From the NCBI GenBank assembly GCA_965240325.2, contig OZ251223.1, positions 2,232,001 through 2,296,000 on the forward strand: 64,000 bases of DNA, read 5' to 3'. Position 1 is the first letter of the stretch, and the number at the start of each line of letters is the position of its first letter. The position numbers and the translations under genes were made by a program. Shown here one piece after another: positions 23,817 to 35,473 of this stretch. This DNA is from Rebecca billardiae RCC1528 (lineage: Eukaryota; Protista; Haptophyta). Below the pieces are notes generated by a model. The model saw only the letters and a program-made list of their open reading frames with translations. It had not been told where the DNA came from and ran no database searches.

Positions 23817-25464
23817 ATGGCGGGCCGTAGGTCCGCCCCTTGTAGTGCCCGGGAAAAAGATAAGAAAAAGAAAAAGAAAAAAGAAAATCGCCTCGCAAAG
23901 AAAAGAAAATCGCCTCGCTCACTGCCGGGTCGCTTCGCTCACTACCGGGCGCCCTCGCAGCTCCCACTGGGGACGCTCGGCCGAAAAAGAGTTGCGTCAT
24001 GGCGCGGAGCGCATGGGCGGCGCGCGCCAAATCCAACGCCGGCGCGGACATCGTGAGAGGACTCCCGAGGGGGGTTTTCGCCCGATTTGCGATTGCTGCC
24101 CTCGTCGTCTCGCGTGCAGGTCGAACGGGGGCGAAATCGACGCGTTTGGAGCGGTACGCTCGGCGCGTCGACACGATCGTGCGACCTGGGGCGGTCCTCG
24201 CCTGACTTGCACGTCGAGCGCTCGCACCGGCCATAGTAGCAAGCGCTGCGCATGACAGCCACCTCGCGTGATCCACCGTCGCGCGTCGGGCTCGGTGCGA
24301 GAAAGCCCTCATCACGAGGCGTCTCGCGGGCGGGAAGCGCCATCGCACGCGACGCAAGATTTGGCGCGGCCTTCTGAACTCGATCGCCGGAATCCGCGCA
24401 CCGGACTGTCGCGTGCCACAACTTCTCAAGGAACGGGCGCATGCAAATCCGTTTGCGTACAAGACCCGGTAGCGATCATCTTTCGCGATCGCGGCCAAAG
24501 ATCGCTCAACCCACGTCCGGCCTGCATTGCGTCGACGGTGGCCAATGCGACGGAGGCGCAGCGCAAAGCGGCGTACGAGGCGCACCGCACGCACCTGCTG
24601 GGTCTGCCGCCGTGGCAGGAATCGCGTCTTCGCGAGTCGACGACTGAGGCGACAGCGCGATACAACCGTTCCAGGGCGCTCACTCGCAAAGAGATGCAAC
24701 GTCGCGCGTGCAAGATCGCCGCGCCATCCTCCACCATGGCACGGGCGCTGCGGGACGAGGCCGACGTCGTGAAGCCAGTGGCACATGCGCTGCGCTTCAT
24801 GTGCCTGCTCGAGCAGCTCGTGCCCACCCTCGATCGCGAGTGGCACACGCTCTCGCACTGCGCGCGCGCGCACCACCGAGAGCTCCTGATACCGCCGAAC
24901 GTGCGAGTGCCGGACCTGGCGCGCGGAGCGGCGAGCGCCGACGAGCGCGTGCCCGGTGCGGACATTGGCATCCTGGCGACACACGATCTCAGCTAAATCA
25001 ACATAGAGAGACAGAGAGACAGAGAGACAGAATTCGGTAGGATGCACTAACTTCCGGACGACCTGAACAAATGAATCATGACATCACACTCCGCCACAAC
25101 TTGAACTGTTTTCGTGTTTAGCTCCAAGAACAAACCGTCACCGTCAGGCGTACATGAGCACGCCGCCGTCGCACGGCAATCAGTTGGCAGTGCGTGCGCG
25201 CAGTCGAAGGCTCGGCACGATGACGAGTAGCGCAGTGGGTGCACGAATACACGCGCAATCACACTGTCGGTGAGCTCGCACCAGAGTCATCTGTCGCGTT
25301 ATTATTCGTCAGTGCCGTCGGGTAGCTCACCATCATCTGTATGTCGCATTGTTATTATTCGTCATCCTGCCCGTCAATCCGCTAAAAGACGCGAACCCGC
25401 TGGGGAAATATTGCGACAGCACTGGCACGGCCCGCCGACCCCCCCGCCCGCCAGGGCAGAGTTT
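23817..25464 (+). mobile_element. Putative Helentron-like non-autonomous element (second family)
   Basis: 5' GGCGGGCCGT (23819-28) is inverted to subterminal ACGGCCCGCC (25427-36), followed by an imperfect hairpin GCCC-GCCA-GGGC and TTT. AT-rich flanks on both sides. Confidence 0.5.
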
Positions 25465-26076
25465 ATTTATATTATTGTTTAATAGTGAATAATAGTGAAC
25501 CGAGTCAGAACGTGCGTACTGTACCTTAGTACTACGGACTCAATTAGTTCTAGGACGAACTGACGTTGATTGACAGTCAGTCACAGTGGCAGCGGTGTCC
25601 GGATCGAATTCGATGAGTTTGGCATCATCGCGTCATCACTTCAAGACGTTCAAGATTCTTCATCAATGACGTCGCGAAACTTTGGGCAATATTTATGGCT
25701 CAGGCTCAGCGCGCGCATGTTATTTAAAGCTAGTTAGCATGATCGGCGCTCGAGCCGCCGCCGCCGCCGGGGCGCCCGATGACCCGCCTCATGACGGCGC
25801 CCGTGATCTGGCCGGCCCAGCTGCTTCGTCGTTCGGCAGCCCGGACCGAAGTTCAGTGTCGGCCTCGGGAGTGTCATGTGCATCAAGGAATTCCCCACCT
25901 CCCGCAGCTCTGACATTGTGGGCCGGCTCAGCGCCTCAGCCTCAGTCGAGACCAGCGTTACCAGCCGTCAAGCTTGGCGTCCGAGCTCCGAGTCCGGCGG
26001 CCACTTGCCCCCTCGCACATGCCGCCATGCCAGTCCGGGCAATGGGCGCTGCCGGCGCCGTGCAGGCGGAGGTGGG

Positions 26077-27295
26077 TCAGGAATGCGAGCCGACGTTCGA
26101 CGCGGGATCCGCCTGCATGTAGAGCTCCATCAGCTGCGACACCTGCACCGGGCTGAGGCCGACGTCAAACTGGTGCTGGCTGCGGTAGTTCAGCACCGGT
26201 CCAAAGATGTCCTGGTGGCGATGGCGGCGGCATGGGCGGCGCAGCACCGCGGGCGAATGCGTCGGCGATCGCGGTCGGCGCACCGCGCGCCCGATCGGCT
26301 GCGGAGCGCGGCCGGCGCGTCGCGCACCTCAGGGAGCGGCGGGAAGCGGTGGACGAGCTGCACGCGCACTTGTGTCGGGAAGGGGGAGCCCTCCTGCCCG
26401 CGACCGCCCCGGTGGTGCTTCCAGTGCCCGCTGCCCTTCCAGGCGGTGGGCTCGATGTTGTGCCCGACGGGCGACGTGGCCGTGAAGACGCCATAGAGCT
26501 GCCGGTCCGAGTAGTTGAAGAGGAACAGCGCCGAGTCGTGCGGCACGACGCTCTCGCCCGCGCGCTTGTACGACCTCGTGTCCGGCAGCCTGAGCGGTGT
26601 GTCGCGCGCGCGCGCGTGCAAGGGGCGGCGGTGCGTGAGCCGCGCGCACAGCTCGGTCCACGGCCGCCGGCGGAGGCAGCGCACCCGAAGAGCATGCGCT
26701 TGAGGCACTCAGCCATCGTCGCCTTGTTGCACCCGAAGATCATGCCCGTGCTCGTCCGGTTGTGCCGCCAGTTGGACAGCTTCTGGTAGACGGAGCCCGG
26801 ACCCGCCTCGCCTCGGCTGCTGACGCCCGCCGATGGGCTGGGCAACGCCTCGCGGCCGTTGGCCGGGGTTGGGACGACCATAGCCGCGGCGCGCGCGCGC
26901 ACGACCTCGTCGACCTGCGGCATGGATCGCGCCAGCTCGATCAGGAGCGCCTGCGCCTGCTCGCTCGAGAGCGCGCTCACAACCTCGTCCAGAGAGACGC
27001 GCGAGGCGACGGGCGGCGGAGGCGGTGGCGGCTCGTGCGGCTGTGGTGGGGGGGGCACGGGCGCGACGGTGTGCGCCGTCTCAGCGGCCTCGGGCTTCGC
27101 GATGGTCAGGTCCACGATTCGCTCCGCGGCCTGGCCGCAGAACGGGCAGCTGAGGCCCACGCCCGGCTTGACCGCGTCCGCGAGCATGTCGGCGCAGTCC
27201 TTGCAGAGCAGGTGCTGGCATCCGAGGATGCGCTTCTCGTTGGGGTTCGACCCGCAGATGCCGCACAGCGTCGTCTCGTCCCCCGCCTGCGACAT
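26077..27295 (-). CDS. RING finger plus DCD (development and cell death) domain protein; introns 26590-26684 and 26212-26327
   Basis: CGIC...CQHLLCKDC...CPFC RING. The spliced C-terminus reads GMIFGCNKATMAECLKRMLFGLP...LFLFNYSDRQLYGVF...NIEPTAW...SPFPTQVR...PLPE (DCD). GT-AG introns restore the frame. Confidence 0.85.
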
Positions 27296-27479
27296 TGTTT
27301 CCTCCCGCTCCCGGCGTGCGGGCGCGGACCCCGGCTCGCCGCGCGCTCGCTCCGACTCGGTGGCGACCTTGAATCCGGAAACTTATTGGACTACGACGCC
27401 GGACCCTGGTCCCTGTGTGCAAGGTGGCGGCTGCTCTCCATCTCGCCGCTTCCATCTGTGCCGTCTACGACTCGGGCCA

Positions 27480-28934
27480 ATGCCACTGGTCTCAGCGACG
27501 GGCCCGCCGCTCGTGGATGTCCTCGACGACCTGGTCTCGCGTTTCGTGCTCAACTGCCCCGAGGAAGAGAAGGAGTCGTTCGAGCGGCTCTTCTTCCAGA
27601 TCGAGTCAGCCTTCTGGTTCTACGACGACCACTACCGCGAGAAGTACCCGGACCAGTACCCGACGCTCAACCTCAAGCAGTTCGCCGAGAAGCTCTTCCG
27701 GCACTGCGAGGTGCTGAAGCCGTACAAGGAGCGCAGCGCCGAGCTCTTTGCCAAGTTCACCGACTACAAAGGCCGCGTGCCCACGTGCGGCGCCGCCATC
27801 CTCGACACGACGCTCACAAAGCTGCTGCTCGTGCGCTCGTGGAACGGCACGACGTGGGGCTTCCCGAAGGGCAAGATCAACAAGGGCGAGGCCGACCACG
27901 AGTGCGCGATCCGCGAGGTGGAGGAGGAGATCGGCCTCGACATCACGCACCTCGTCGACGTCGGCCAGTACCTCGAGCACAGCTACGGCAAGGGCACGAC
28001 GATGAAGCTCTTCCTCGTGTGCGGCGTCGACGAGCGCACGCACCTGGAGACGCGGACGAAGAAGGAGATCGGCGCGATCGTCTGGCACTCGCTCGCCGAC
28101 CTCGGCTCCGAGGCGGCGAAGAAGGACCGGGACATGTTCATCGTGCAGCAGCTGCTCGCACGCATCAAGAAGTGGGCGGCCGAGCGGCGCAAGGCGCTTG
28201 CTGGCGGCGGCGGCGGCAAGAAGCAGGCCAAGGCAGCGGCCTCCGCGACGGTGGCGGCGGCCGGAGCCACGACGAGTTGCGCCGAGTGCTCCGGAGCCGC
28301 ACCCGCCGCCCCCGCGCCGCAGGCGCCGCCGCCAGGCGGCTTCCAGTTCGGGTACGAACGCGAGCGCGTGGATGTGAGCGGTGGCGGAGTGATCGAGGGC
28401 GGGCAGGGCGGCCGCGGGAAGGGCGCGCGCGAGCGCGCGAGCGTCTCGCAGCAAGGTGGGCGGGCGGTGCCTCTCGACAACAAGGTGACCTTCGGCGCCG
28501 ACTCGAAGGCCAAGGGCTGGTCCGTGAAGGACATGTTCCGCACGAACGAGCAGAAGTTCAACCTGCAGTCGACGTACAGCTACGAGCTGTACACGACGAG
28601 CCTCTCGGGCAAGCCGAGCACGTGCGCGACACAGGAGACCACTCAGGCGGCGCGGGTGCGGCGCGCGGCGCAGCCGCCGCCGATGCAGACGCCGGCCACG
28701 CCCGCCGGCTTGGCGGCCGTGGATGCTGGTGCACCCATGCCAGCCTCCTCCGCGGCTTCAGAGGGCTCGGGGAGCCAGCGCGGGCGCGGCGGGCGATCGG
28801 GGCGTGGCGTAAAGGCCGCGGCAGCAAAGCAGGGCAGCGCAAGGGCAGGCTTCAGCTTCGACCATGCGGCCATAATGGCCACGTTCGACGCGACCGTTGC
28901 CGCGCGTCAAGCAGATCTGATCGCGGCGACGTGA
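27480..28934 (+). CDS. DCP2: mRNA decapping enzyme Dcp2
   Basis: Box A LDDLVSRFVLNCPEEE...RLFFQIESAFWFYDD and Nudix motif WGFPKGKINKGEADHECAIREVEEEIG. Confidence 0.95.
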   Translation: MPLVSATGPPLVDVLDDLVSRFVLNCPEEEKESFERLFFQIESAFWFYDDHYREKYPDQYPTLNLKQFAEKLFRHCEVLKPYKERSAELFAKFTDYKGRVPTCGAAILDTTLTKLLLVRSWNGTTWGFPKGKINKGEADHECAIREVEEEIGLDITHLVDVGQYLEHSYGKGTTMKLFLVCGVDERTHLETRTKKEIGAIVWHSLADLGSEAAKKDRDMFIVQQLLARIKKWAAERRKALAGGGGGKKQAKAAASATVAAAGATTSCAECSGAAPAAPAPQAPPPGGFQFGYERERVDVSGGGVIEGGQGGRGKGARERASVSQQGGRAVPLDNKVTFGADSKAKGWSVKDMFRTNEQKFNLQSTYSYELYTTSLSGKPSTCATQETTQAARVRRAAQPPPMQTPATPAGLAAVDAGAPMPASSAASEGSGSQRGRGGRSGRGVKAAAAKQGSARAGFSFDHAAIMATFDATVAARQADLIAAT

Positions 28935-28993
28935 CGGCAGCATGCACGATCGACGACGACGAGGCGCGCCGCACTCGGACGAGGAAATCACTA

Positions 28994-29498
28994 CAGGCAA
29001 TCGCGGGCAATAAGGAGCTGTCACGTTAAGAAACTGGGGCTTGCTATCTGCGGATCTGGCCTAGAAACTGAGGCTAGCGATTGGCTGGTTCGCTATACGC
29101 ATAGTCACACTAAGAAACCGGGACTACGTCGTCCCGGCTGACGAGTGGTCCGCCGAGGGGCGAGGCGCAGTCGGCCCGTCGGGGACGCGGCGCGCGGCCC
29201 GACTACGAGTACAGGCCAAGTCCCGACTTCTCCTGATGACTGACTCCTGGCCAGTGCACCGCAGCATCCATGCAACATCATGCCAGATTTGCTCCAAAAA
29301 GGCCCAAAATTTTCGTCGGCCTCGCCGGCCGGGCCTAAAGACTCAGCGGGGGGCTCTGCCCCCCTGCGCCCCCCGCGCCTGCGCGGCGGGCGGACCTAGC
29401 TAAGAAACTGAGACTCCGTAGGCGCTCGGGCTACCGAACGGCTAAGAAACCGAGGCTAGCCGTGAGATCTCTGACTTCTTATTGCCCGCGATTGCCTG
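28994..29498. mobile_element. Tc1/mariner-type MITE (505 bp)
   Basis: TIRs CAGGCAATCGCGGGCAATAAG / CTTATTGCCCGCGATTGCCTG with TA flanks. Internal AGAAACYGRG repeats. Confidence 0.85.
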
Positions 29499-29724
29499 TA
29501 ATCAGTGCTGCCCGAATAATATGAGGATCAGTGCCAAGTCGTGTAGTCAGAATCTAGTTCGTACCGTACACGGGGTTACACTACTAGCTAGCTGTCGTAA
29601 CATAGCAGCTATAGTTGAAGCAGCCTACGACTGACTTCGATGAAGCCGCCTATGATGCGGCCAACTAGATATCAGCGATTATCGGTTATAGTAGTGCAGT
29701 AGTATTAGTCGTCTGCTATTATTA

Positions 29725-31020
29725 AATGACCGCGTTCCGCGGTCCTTTTCTGCATAGAATCAACGCAGTTGGGGGCCCGCGGTGGCCGTGCAATCGCGGC
29801 TCTCCGCCGTAGTTGCAGTTCGCCAGTTGAAGTCGGTTCTGAGATGACTGAATATAAGCTATTACTAGTCCGACCGTCGCCCTGCCTGCGCGACCGCGAG
29901 ACTCATTCACACTTCACACAATCACAGCAGCGGACCTGAGACCGCACCCGGCACCGGTCGTCAAATCGGACGTCCGTCTGACAACTAGCTGCCAAATGTC
30001 CAACTGGCTGATCAGCTCGGATCCGACCCGTCCGCGATCGTGCCATCGGCATCGGAATTACTACTAGTAGCTGCCAAACTGTGTCCAACTCTGGCTGATC
30101 AGCTCGGATCCGACCCGTCCGCGATCGTGCCGAGTGAGTCGTGCCGCGGAGCTCGGAGTACTGAAGGAGTCGGGTGTGACAGCAGGGTGCTTTAGCGCTG
30201 CGGCCCGTGCCAGCCAACGACCAGACGTACTCTGGCCACTTGACCCGTTGCACGGGTGAGTGACCGTACGCCCTGCCTAGTGCCTACCGCGCGCGCCGCG
30301 CGACCGGCGACTCGGGGTGATGGAGAGCGGATGGCGACAGCAGCAGCAGTCCTCATGAAGACGATGAAACTGGCGGCACGGGTGCACGAGGTGGCAGGCG
30401 AAAGCGCGCCGACGAGACCGCATTTGACACACCTGAGCCGCACGCGCGTGCCGTCGCCGAGCCGGCGAGCGCTGCAAACGCGCAACCGTACCGCGCGCGC
30501 CACGACGGCGCGGCACTAGCTGATGCAGGCCGTACTGCCGGCACTGCTTCTGCGATCATGCGCCACGGTCGCAGCTGACTGCGTGAGCAGCAAGCGGGAG
30601 GCGGGTCCGGAGGCACGTGCAGGCGCCGTCCCGCATATCCGCCATCGCCCATCGTGCCGGGGCACGTCACCTCCGACGATCCGGATGTGTCCCAGTCCGG
30701 ACGTCACGCGATCCGGGAAGACGAGTACGATTCGCTCGTAACGAACCGTTACACTAATGCCACGGCCAGGCTCACGTCCCGTCCATCGATTACTTATGGA
30801 ATCAGCTGGGCGCGCTCTTTTTCGGCCTAATAGACCTCTCTATGCGATCTCAAAAACTCGAAACTCGGTCTCCGCCAGCCCTAAAAATCGCCCCCCGTCC
30901 CTTTTTTTCCGCCGCCCCCCGTCCCTCTTTTCTTGACGATCAAAGATCTTTTTGAAACGTGGTTCGGGCCCGCTGGTGCGGGCTCCACGCTGCGCGCTCC
31001 GCCCTGCACCGCGGGCCATA
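29725..31020 (-). mobile_element. Helentron/Helitron2-like non-autonomous element, copy B
   Basis: Reverse-complement homology to 11000-11270 and 12610-12680, with the same sub-TIR and hairpin but a different interior. Contains a ~60-bp direct repeat at 29986-30131. Confidence 0.7.
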
Positions 31021-31029
31021 AATAATAAG

Positions 31030-31248
<219 letters not shown>

Positions 31249-31643
31249 CGTAACCGTACGACTGGCAGACTGACGATCGGACATCGGTCGTCGTTATTGA
31301 ACTCGTTTACCTGCCTCGGTGAGGCTGAGTCCCTGGTTCCCAGAGTCACTAATTCCGCTATACCGTACAGTGAACTAGTCCGTCAGACTTTCATTCGTCG
31401 TCGTCCCGGTGGCTCGTCCGGCCGCCTCCGTTGGCGGGGGGGGCCACTCGCCCACTGGCGGCCATCGAGTGCCAGTGCCAGCGGCCGCGGGCGGCCGGGC
31501 GCGCGCGCGCATATGCCCGATATGCCGTACGACATGCGCGGTCTCAGGTCTGGACATGACGTAATTAACGAGTCAGAGTCAGAGTGAGCACTGAGCTCGC
31601 CCCCTTCCTGTTTCTCGTGCCGGGAGCTACAGTGACTACTAAG

Positions 31644-34600
31644 CTACTTGGACGCGTAGACATCCCAGCAGTCACCCTCGGCGTGCACAGCGCCGCCGTC
31701 GACGTCGTAGAAGCGGCCGGTGACCGGTCGGTCGCAGGCCAGGCAGCGCGGCGCCTTGGACGCGGCGTACTTGTCGTAGCAGTCGCCCTCCGAGTGCACC
31801 TTCCCCTCGTCCACCGGGTAGAACGAGCCCAGGACGGCCTCGCCGCAGCTCACGCACTTGTCGGCGTTCATCTGCCTGAACTTGTCGTAGCAGTCGCCCT
31901 CCGAGTGCACCTTGCCCGCGTCCGTGCGATAGAATGAGCCGAGCACGGGCTTCTTGCACGCGGGGCAGAGGTCGGCGTTGGCCGCCTTCCAGTCGGCGTA
32001 GCAGTCCGCGTGCACGCGCCCCTGCTTGGGCTCCTTCAGCGAGTAGTACCTCCCCTCGTCCACCGGCTCGGCGCAGTGCATGCAGCGCGGCGCGAAGCGC
32101 TCGCGGTAGCACTCCTTGCAGAAGCCGTGCACACCGCCCTCGTGCTCGTGCACGTCGAAGATGGGCCGCGGCGGGGCGGTCGGGCGCGCGCGGCCGCCGC
32201 CCGGCCCGGCGAAGGTGGCGAAGCTCTCCGTGCTCCGCTCCATCTCGAACGGCGCGCCGCAGCTGCCCGCGCAGCGGTAGCAGCCGGGGAGGCCGTGCCA
32301 GCGCACGTGCTTGTAGTGCCTGTTCTCGCGGCCGAGCGCGCACGGCTCTGCGCACGTCGCGCACTTGTTCCCGATCGGCTTGGCGCGCATCGCCGCGGCC
32401 TCGGCGCCGCTCGGCCGGAGCGGTGCGAGCTCTGTGAGCGTGAGCTCGGCGCCCTGCGCCTCGGCCGTCACCGTGAGCCCGTAGTCGCCCTCCCACCCCG
32501 GCGCCCACAGCGAGACCAGCACCACGTGCTGACCCCTCGCCGGGTCGATCTCGAGCTCGAGCGTCGCGCGCCGGTGCCACACAGTCTTCATCGCGCCCTC
32601 GAGCTGCTGCTCGGGCTCGAGGGGCGCGTGCACGTCCGCGTCCGCGCCGAGGACGAACACGCGGATGTGCATCTCGAGGAAGCCGCCGCCGCCGAGCGCG
32701 CGCGTGTCGGGCTGCGCGAGCGAGATGTGCGCGCGCGTCCGCTCCGTCGAGCTGAGCAGATAGCGCGGGTTGAAGCTCAGCAGCTCGTCCTCGCCGCCGG
32801 CGGTCAGCCCGGAGCGCCAGCGGCCTGTGACGTGCAGCATCGGGCTGGTGCGCGGCACGGTCACCACCACGCCCATGCGCGAGAAGTTGGCCATGAAGTC
32901 CGCCCAGGACATCCTGCGCCGCGTATTCGGCCGCGCGCGCGCGCGCGCTCAGCCGCACTCGCCCACGCGTGCCGGCGCGCGCGCAGCACCCCAGCCGGGC
33001 GCTGTCCGCGGCGCACGCTCCGCACCAGAACTCGCCATCGTCAGACTTGCTGTAGTCAAAGGCGGCGCGGGTCTCGTCTGTCCACAGCGCCGAGTTGTCG
33101 CCCCAGTCGCCCTGCCACTCGAACGAGCCCCAAGGGTTGCGCAGCCGGATGAGCCGATGGCCGAGCGCCTCCCGCAGCTCGAGCACGGAGTAGGCGTGGC
33201 TGCGGCCGCGCGGCGCACGAGCCGAGGGGACGGAGGGCGCACGGCGGCGCGCACACGGCGCCATGGCGCGGCACAGAGCAGCAGCGGCCTGGGCGATGAG
33301 CGTGGGGGCGCGGCGGTGGGGGCGGGGGGGCGTGCGCACGCGCGCACGCTCGCGCGCCACGATGCCTGCCGCACGCACCCGGACACAAGCCCCCCCGGGT
33401 CCTCTTTGGGCACGGACTCGGGGTCCTCCTTGCCGCCGCGCGAGCCGCGCGCGCCGCTCGCGCACAGGAAGCAGCGGTCCTCCTCCTCGCCCTCGTTGAT
33501 GGCGAAGAGCGCGAGCATCTCCTCCCAGAACGAGCCGTGGTCGGGCCGCTCGTCGAAGGAGATGTGGTCGACGCGCCCACCGGTGAGGTACGCCATCGTG
33601 TCCGCGGTGTCGCCGCCCTCGATCGCCTCGTAGCAGCCGTGGTACTTGGCCCACGCCTTCTCAAAGCACGCCGCCCAAAACTCCTTGCCAGAGTCGGAGT
33701 GGCAGAAGAGCTGCCGCTTGCTGCGCGCGTCGCACGGGAAGCGCGAGTCGACGACGACCGTGTGCCAGCCCATCCAGTCGAAGAGCTTCACGCCGAACAC
33801 GCCGAGCGCCGCGTGGTCCTCCACGAGCAGGTCCTTGATCAGGTGCTCCTCGTTGGCGATCGTCGCGATCGCTGCGAGCAGGTAGCAGTCCCCGATCTGC
33901 CCCTGGTTGATGTCGTCGGGCTCGATGTCCTTCGTGTCGCCCGCCTCGGTGAAGAAGAGGACGGGCTGCGAGGGCATCTCGGCGGGGCGGAGGAAGGCGA
34001 TCTCCGCGGTACCGCCGCCGAGGAAGTCCTCCGGCACGCGCTTCGGGTCGATGTAGATCGAGCGCGGGCCTGAGAAGTCCTCATCCTCAAACAGCCGCCC
34101 CTTGGACGCCGAGAGGCGCGCAGCCACCTTCTCGAGCTCGCGCAGCAGGTGCGGCGAGTCCTGCTGCAGCTTGTAGAACTGCGAGCTCCTGGCGGTCTCG
34201 CCATCCGGGCCGCCGGGCACGAGCGGCATCGGCTCGTCGTCCTCGGCGCCCGCCTCGTCCTCCGCCGCGTCGCCCACGCCGGGCCGGAAGGCGACGGCGA
34301 CACGCACGTCGCCGTCAATCATCTCGTACGTGTCCTCGACGAGCTCGTTCCGCGCGAGGCCGTCGAGCCGAATGACGACCTTGCCGATGAGGTCGTCCAC
34401 CCCATCCGCGTCCTCGTCCCACACGTCGATCACCACGCGCGCATCACCCGCCGTGTCCGCAAAGAAGAAGCGCTCATCCCACCTCGGGTTGAGCTCCTTG
34501 CTCTTGGTCTGCGTGCGCCGCTTCCGCGAGCGGGTGGCCTCGATGCACGCGACGCGGCAGTACGGATCCGATTTGCCGTCGGCATCCTTCGGCGCGAGGT

Positions 34601-34664
34601 TCGCCGCGCTGATGATCCGCACCTCCAGCTCGCCCCGCTCCTCGTCAGCGTTGGAAGCCGCCAT
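31644..34664 (-). CDS. Calpain-family cysteine protease: C2 - CysPc - domain III - LIM-like zinc-finger repeats; introns 33200-33378 and 32914-33025
   Basis: C2 (LAPKDADGKSDPYC...LNPRWDERF); catalytic triad QGQIGDCYLLAA, SGHAYSVL (across an intron) and RLRNPWG; C-terminal CxxC...H..C repeats. Confidence 0.9.
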
Positions 34665-35473
34665 GATGACGGCGCGAGAACGGTGCGCGCTTTTTGAATG
34701 CGTACGCCGCCGCCCTTTTCGCGCTCTACGAAAATGATTCTGAGCATCATCGTCATCGTCATCAAGATTGATGAGTGTTCGTTCAGTCGCCTCTCTGCCC
34801 GCAGCACCTGCGCCTGCTCCAGCTGCTGTCCCCCACGCGGACCGAGACTCGTCCATGGACGACGACTCGGACGACGAGGATGCGCAGCAGTCGGGGGCAA
34901 AGCGTACCCTGCACGCCGCAGCAGCGCCAGCCGCCGCCAGCAAGCCAGCTGAGCAGAGCGGCAAGCGCGCACGCGGCCGCGCAGGGCACACGGGGACGAC
35001 TACATCACCGCCGGATCACCCGCCAGGGCCCAGCGGCTGAGACGGCCGTCTGACATCCGGACCTGCACCCTCGCCCTCGCTCGGGGCACAGCAGGTCCAT
35101 GCGAGCCGCGCAGCGCAGGTGGATCGCGCTCCAGCAGCTCAAGGCCGCGCTCAAGCCATTCGATCGCGGTTCAGGCTATGCTCTGCCACCAGCGCCGACT
35201 TCGTGTCGACGATCGGGCACTGCCGACGACGAATCAGGAGACCTGCGCCGTCCTACCTGTGTCGTTAAATCATAGAATGAGTCAAGGGCGCGCGGCAGGC
35301 AGTTCAGTGTTCAGTCGCGCGCTGTCTTCTCGTCACTGCTCCGACGATGTTGATCGAAGCCCTGTGAAGCTCGTCTGTGGCGCGTCCGTCACACACTCAC
35401 TGCCTGGTCACTCACGAATCCTAAGTTATGGCTGTCGTCTAGACTCAGACGCTCTGACCGACTACGCTAAGAC

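Noticed and set aside
10999-31020. One giant 20-kb TIR element
   Set aside because: Each end is a self-contained element with its own sub-TIR and hairpin, and the interior holds ordinary host genes.
34856-35040. Short ORF MDDDSDDEDAQQ divergent from calpain
   Set aside because: Too short with no domain. It may be a first exon, but this is unsupported.
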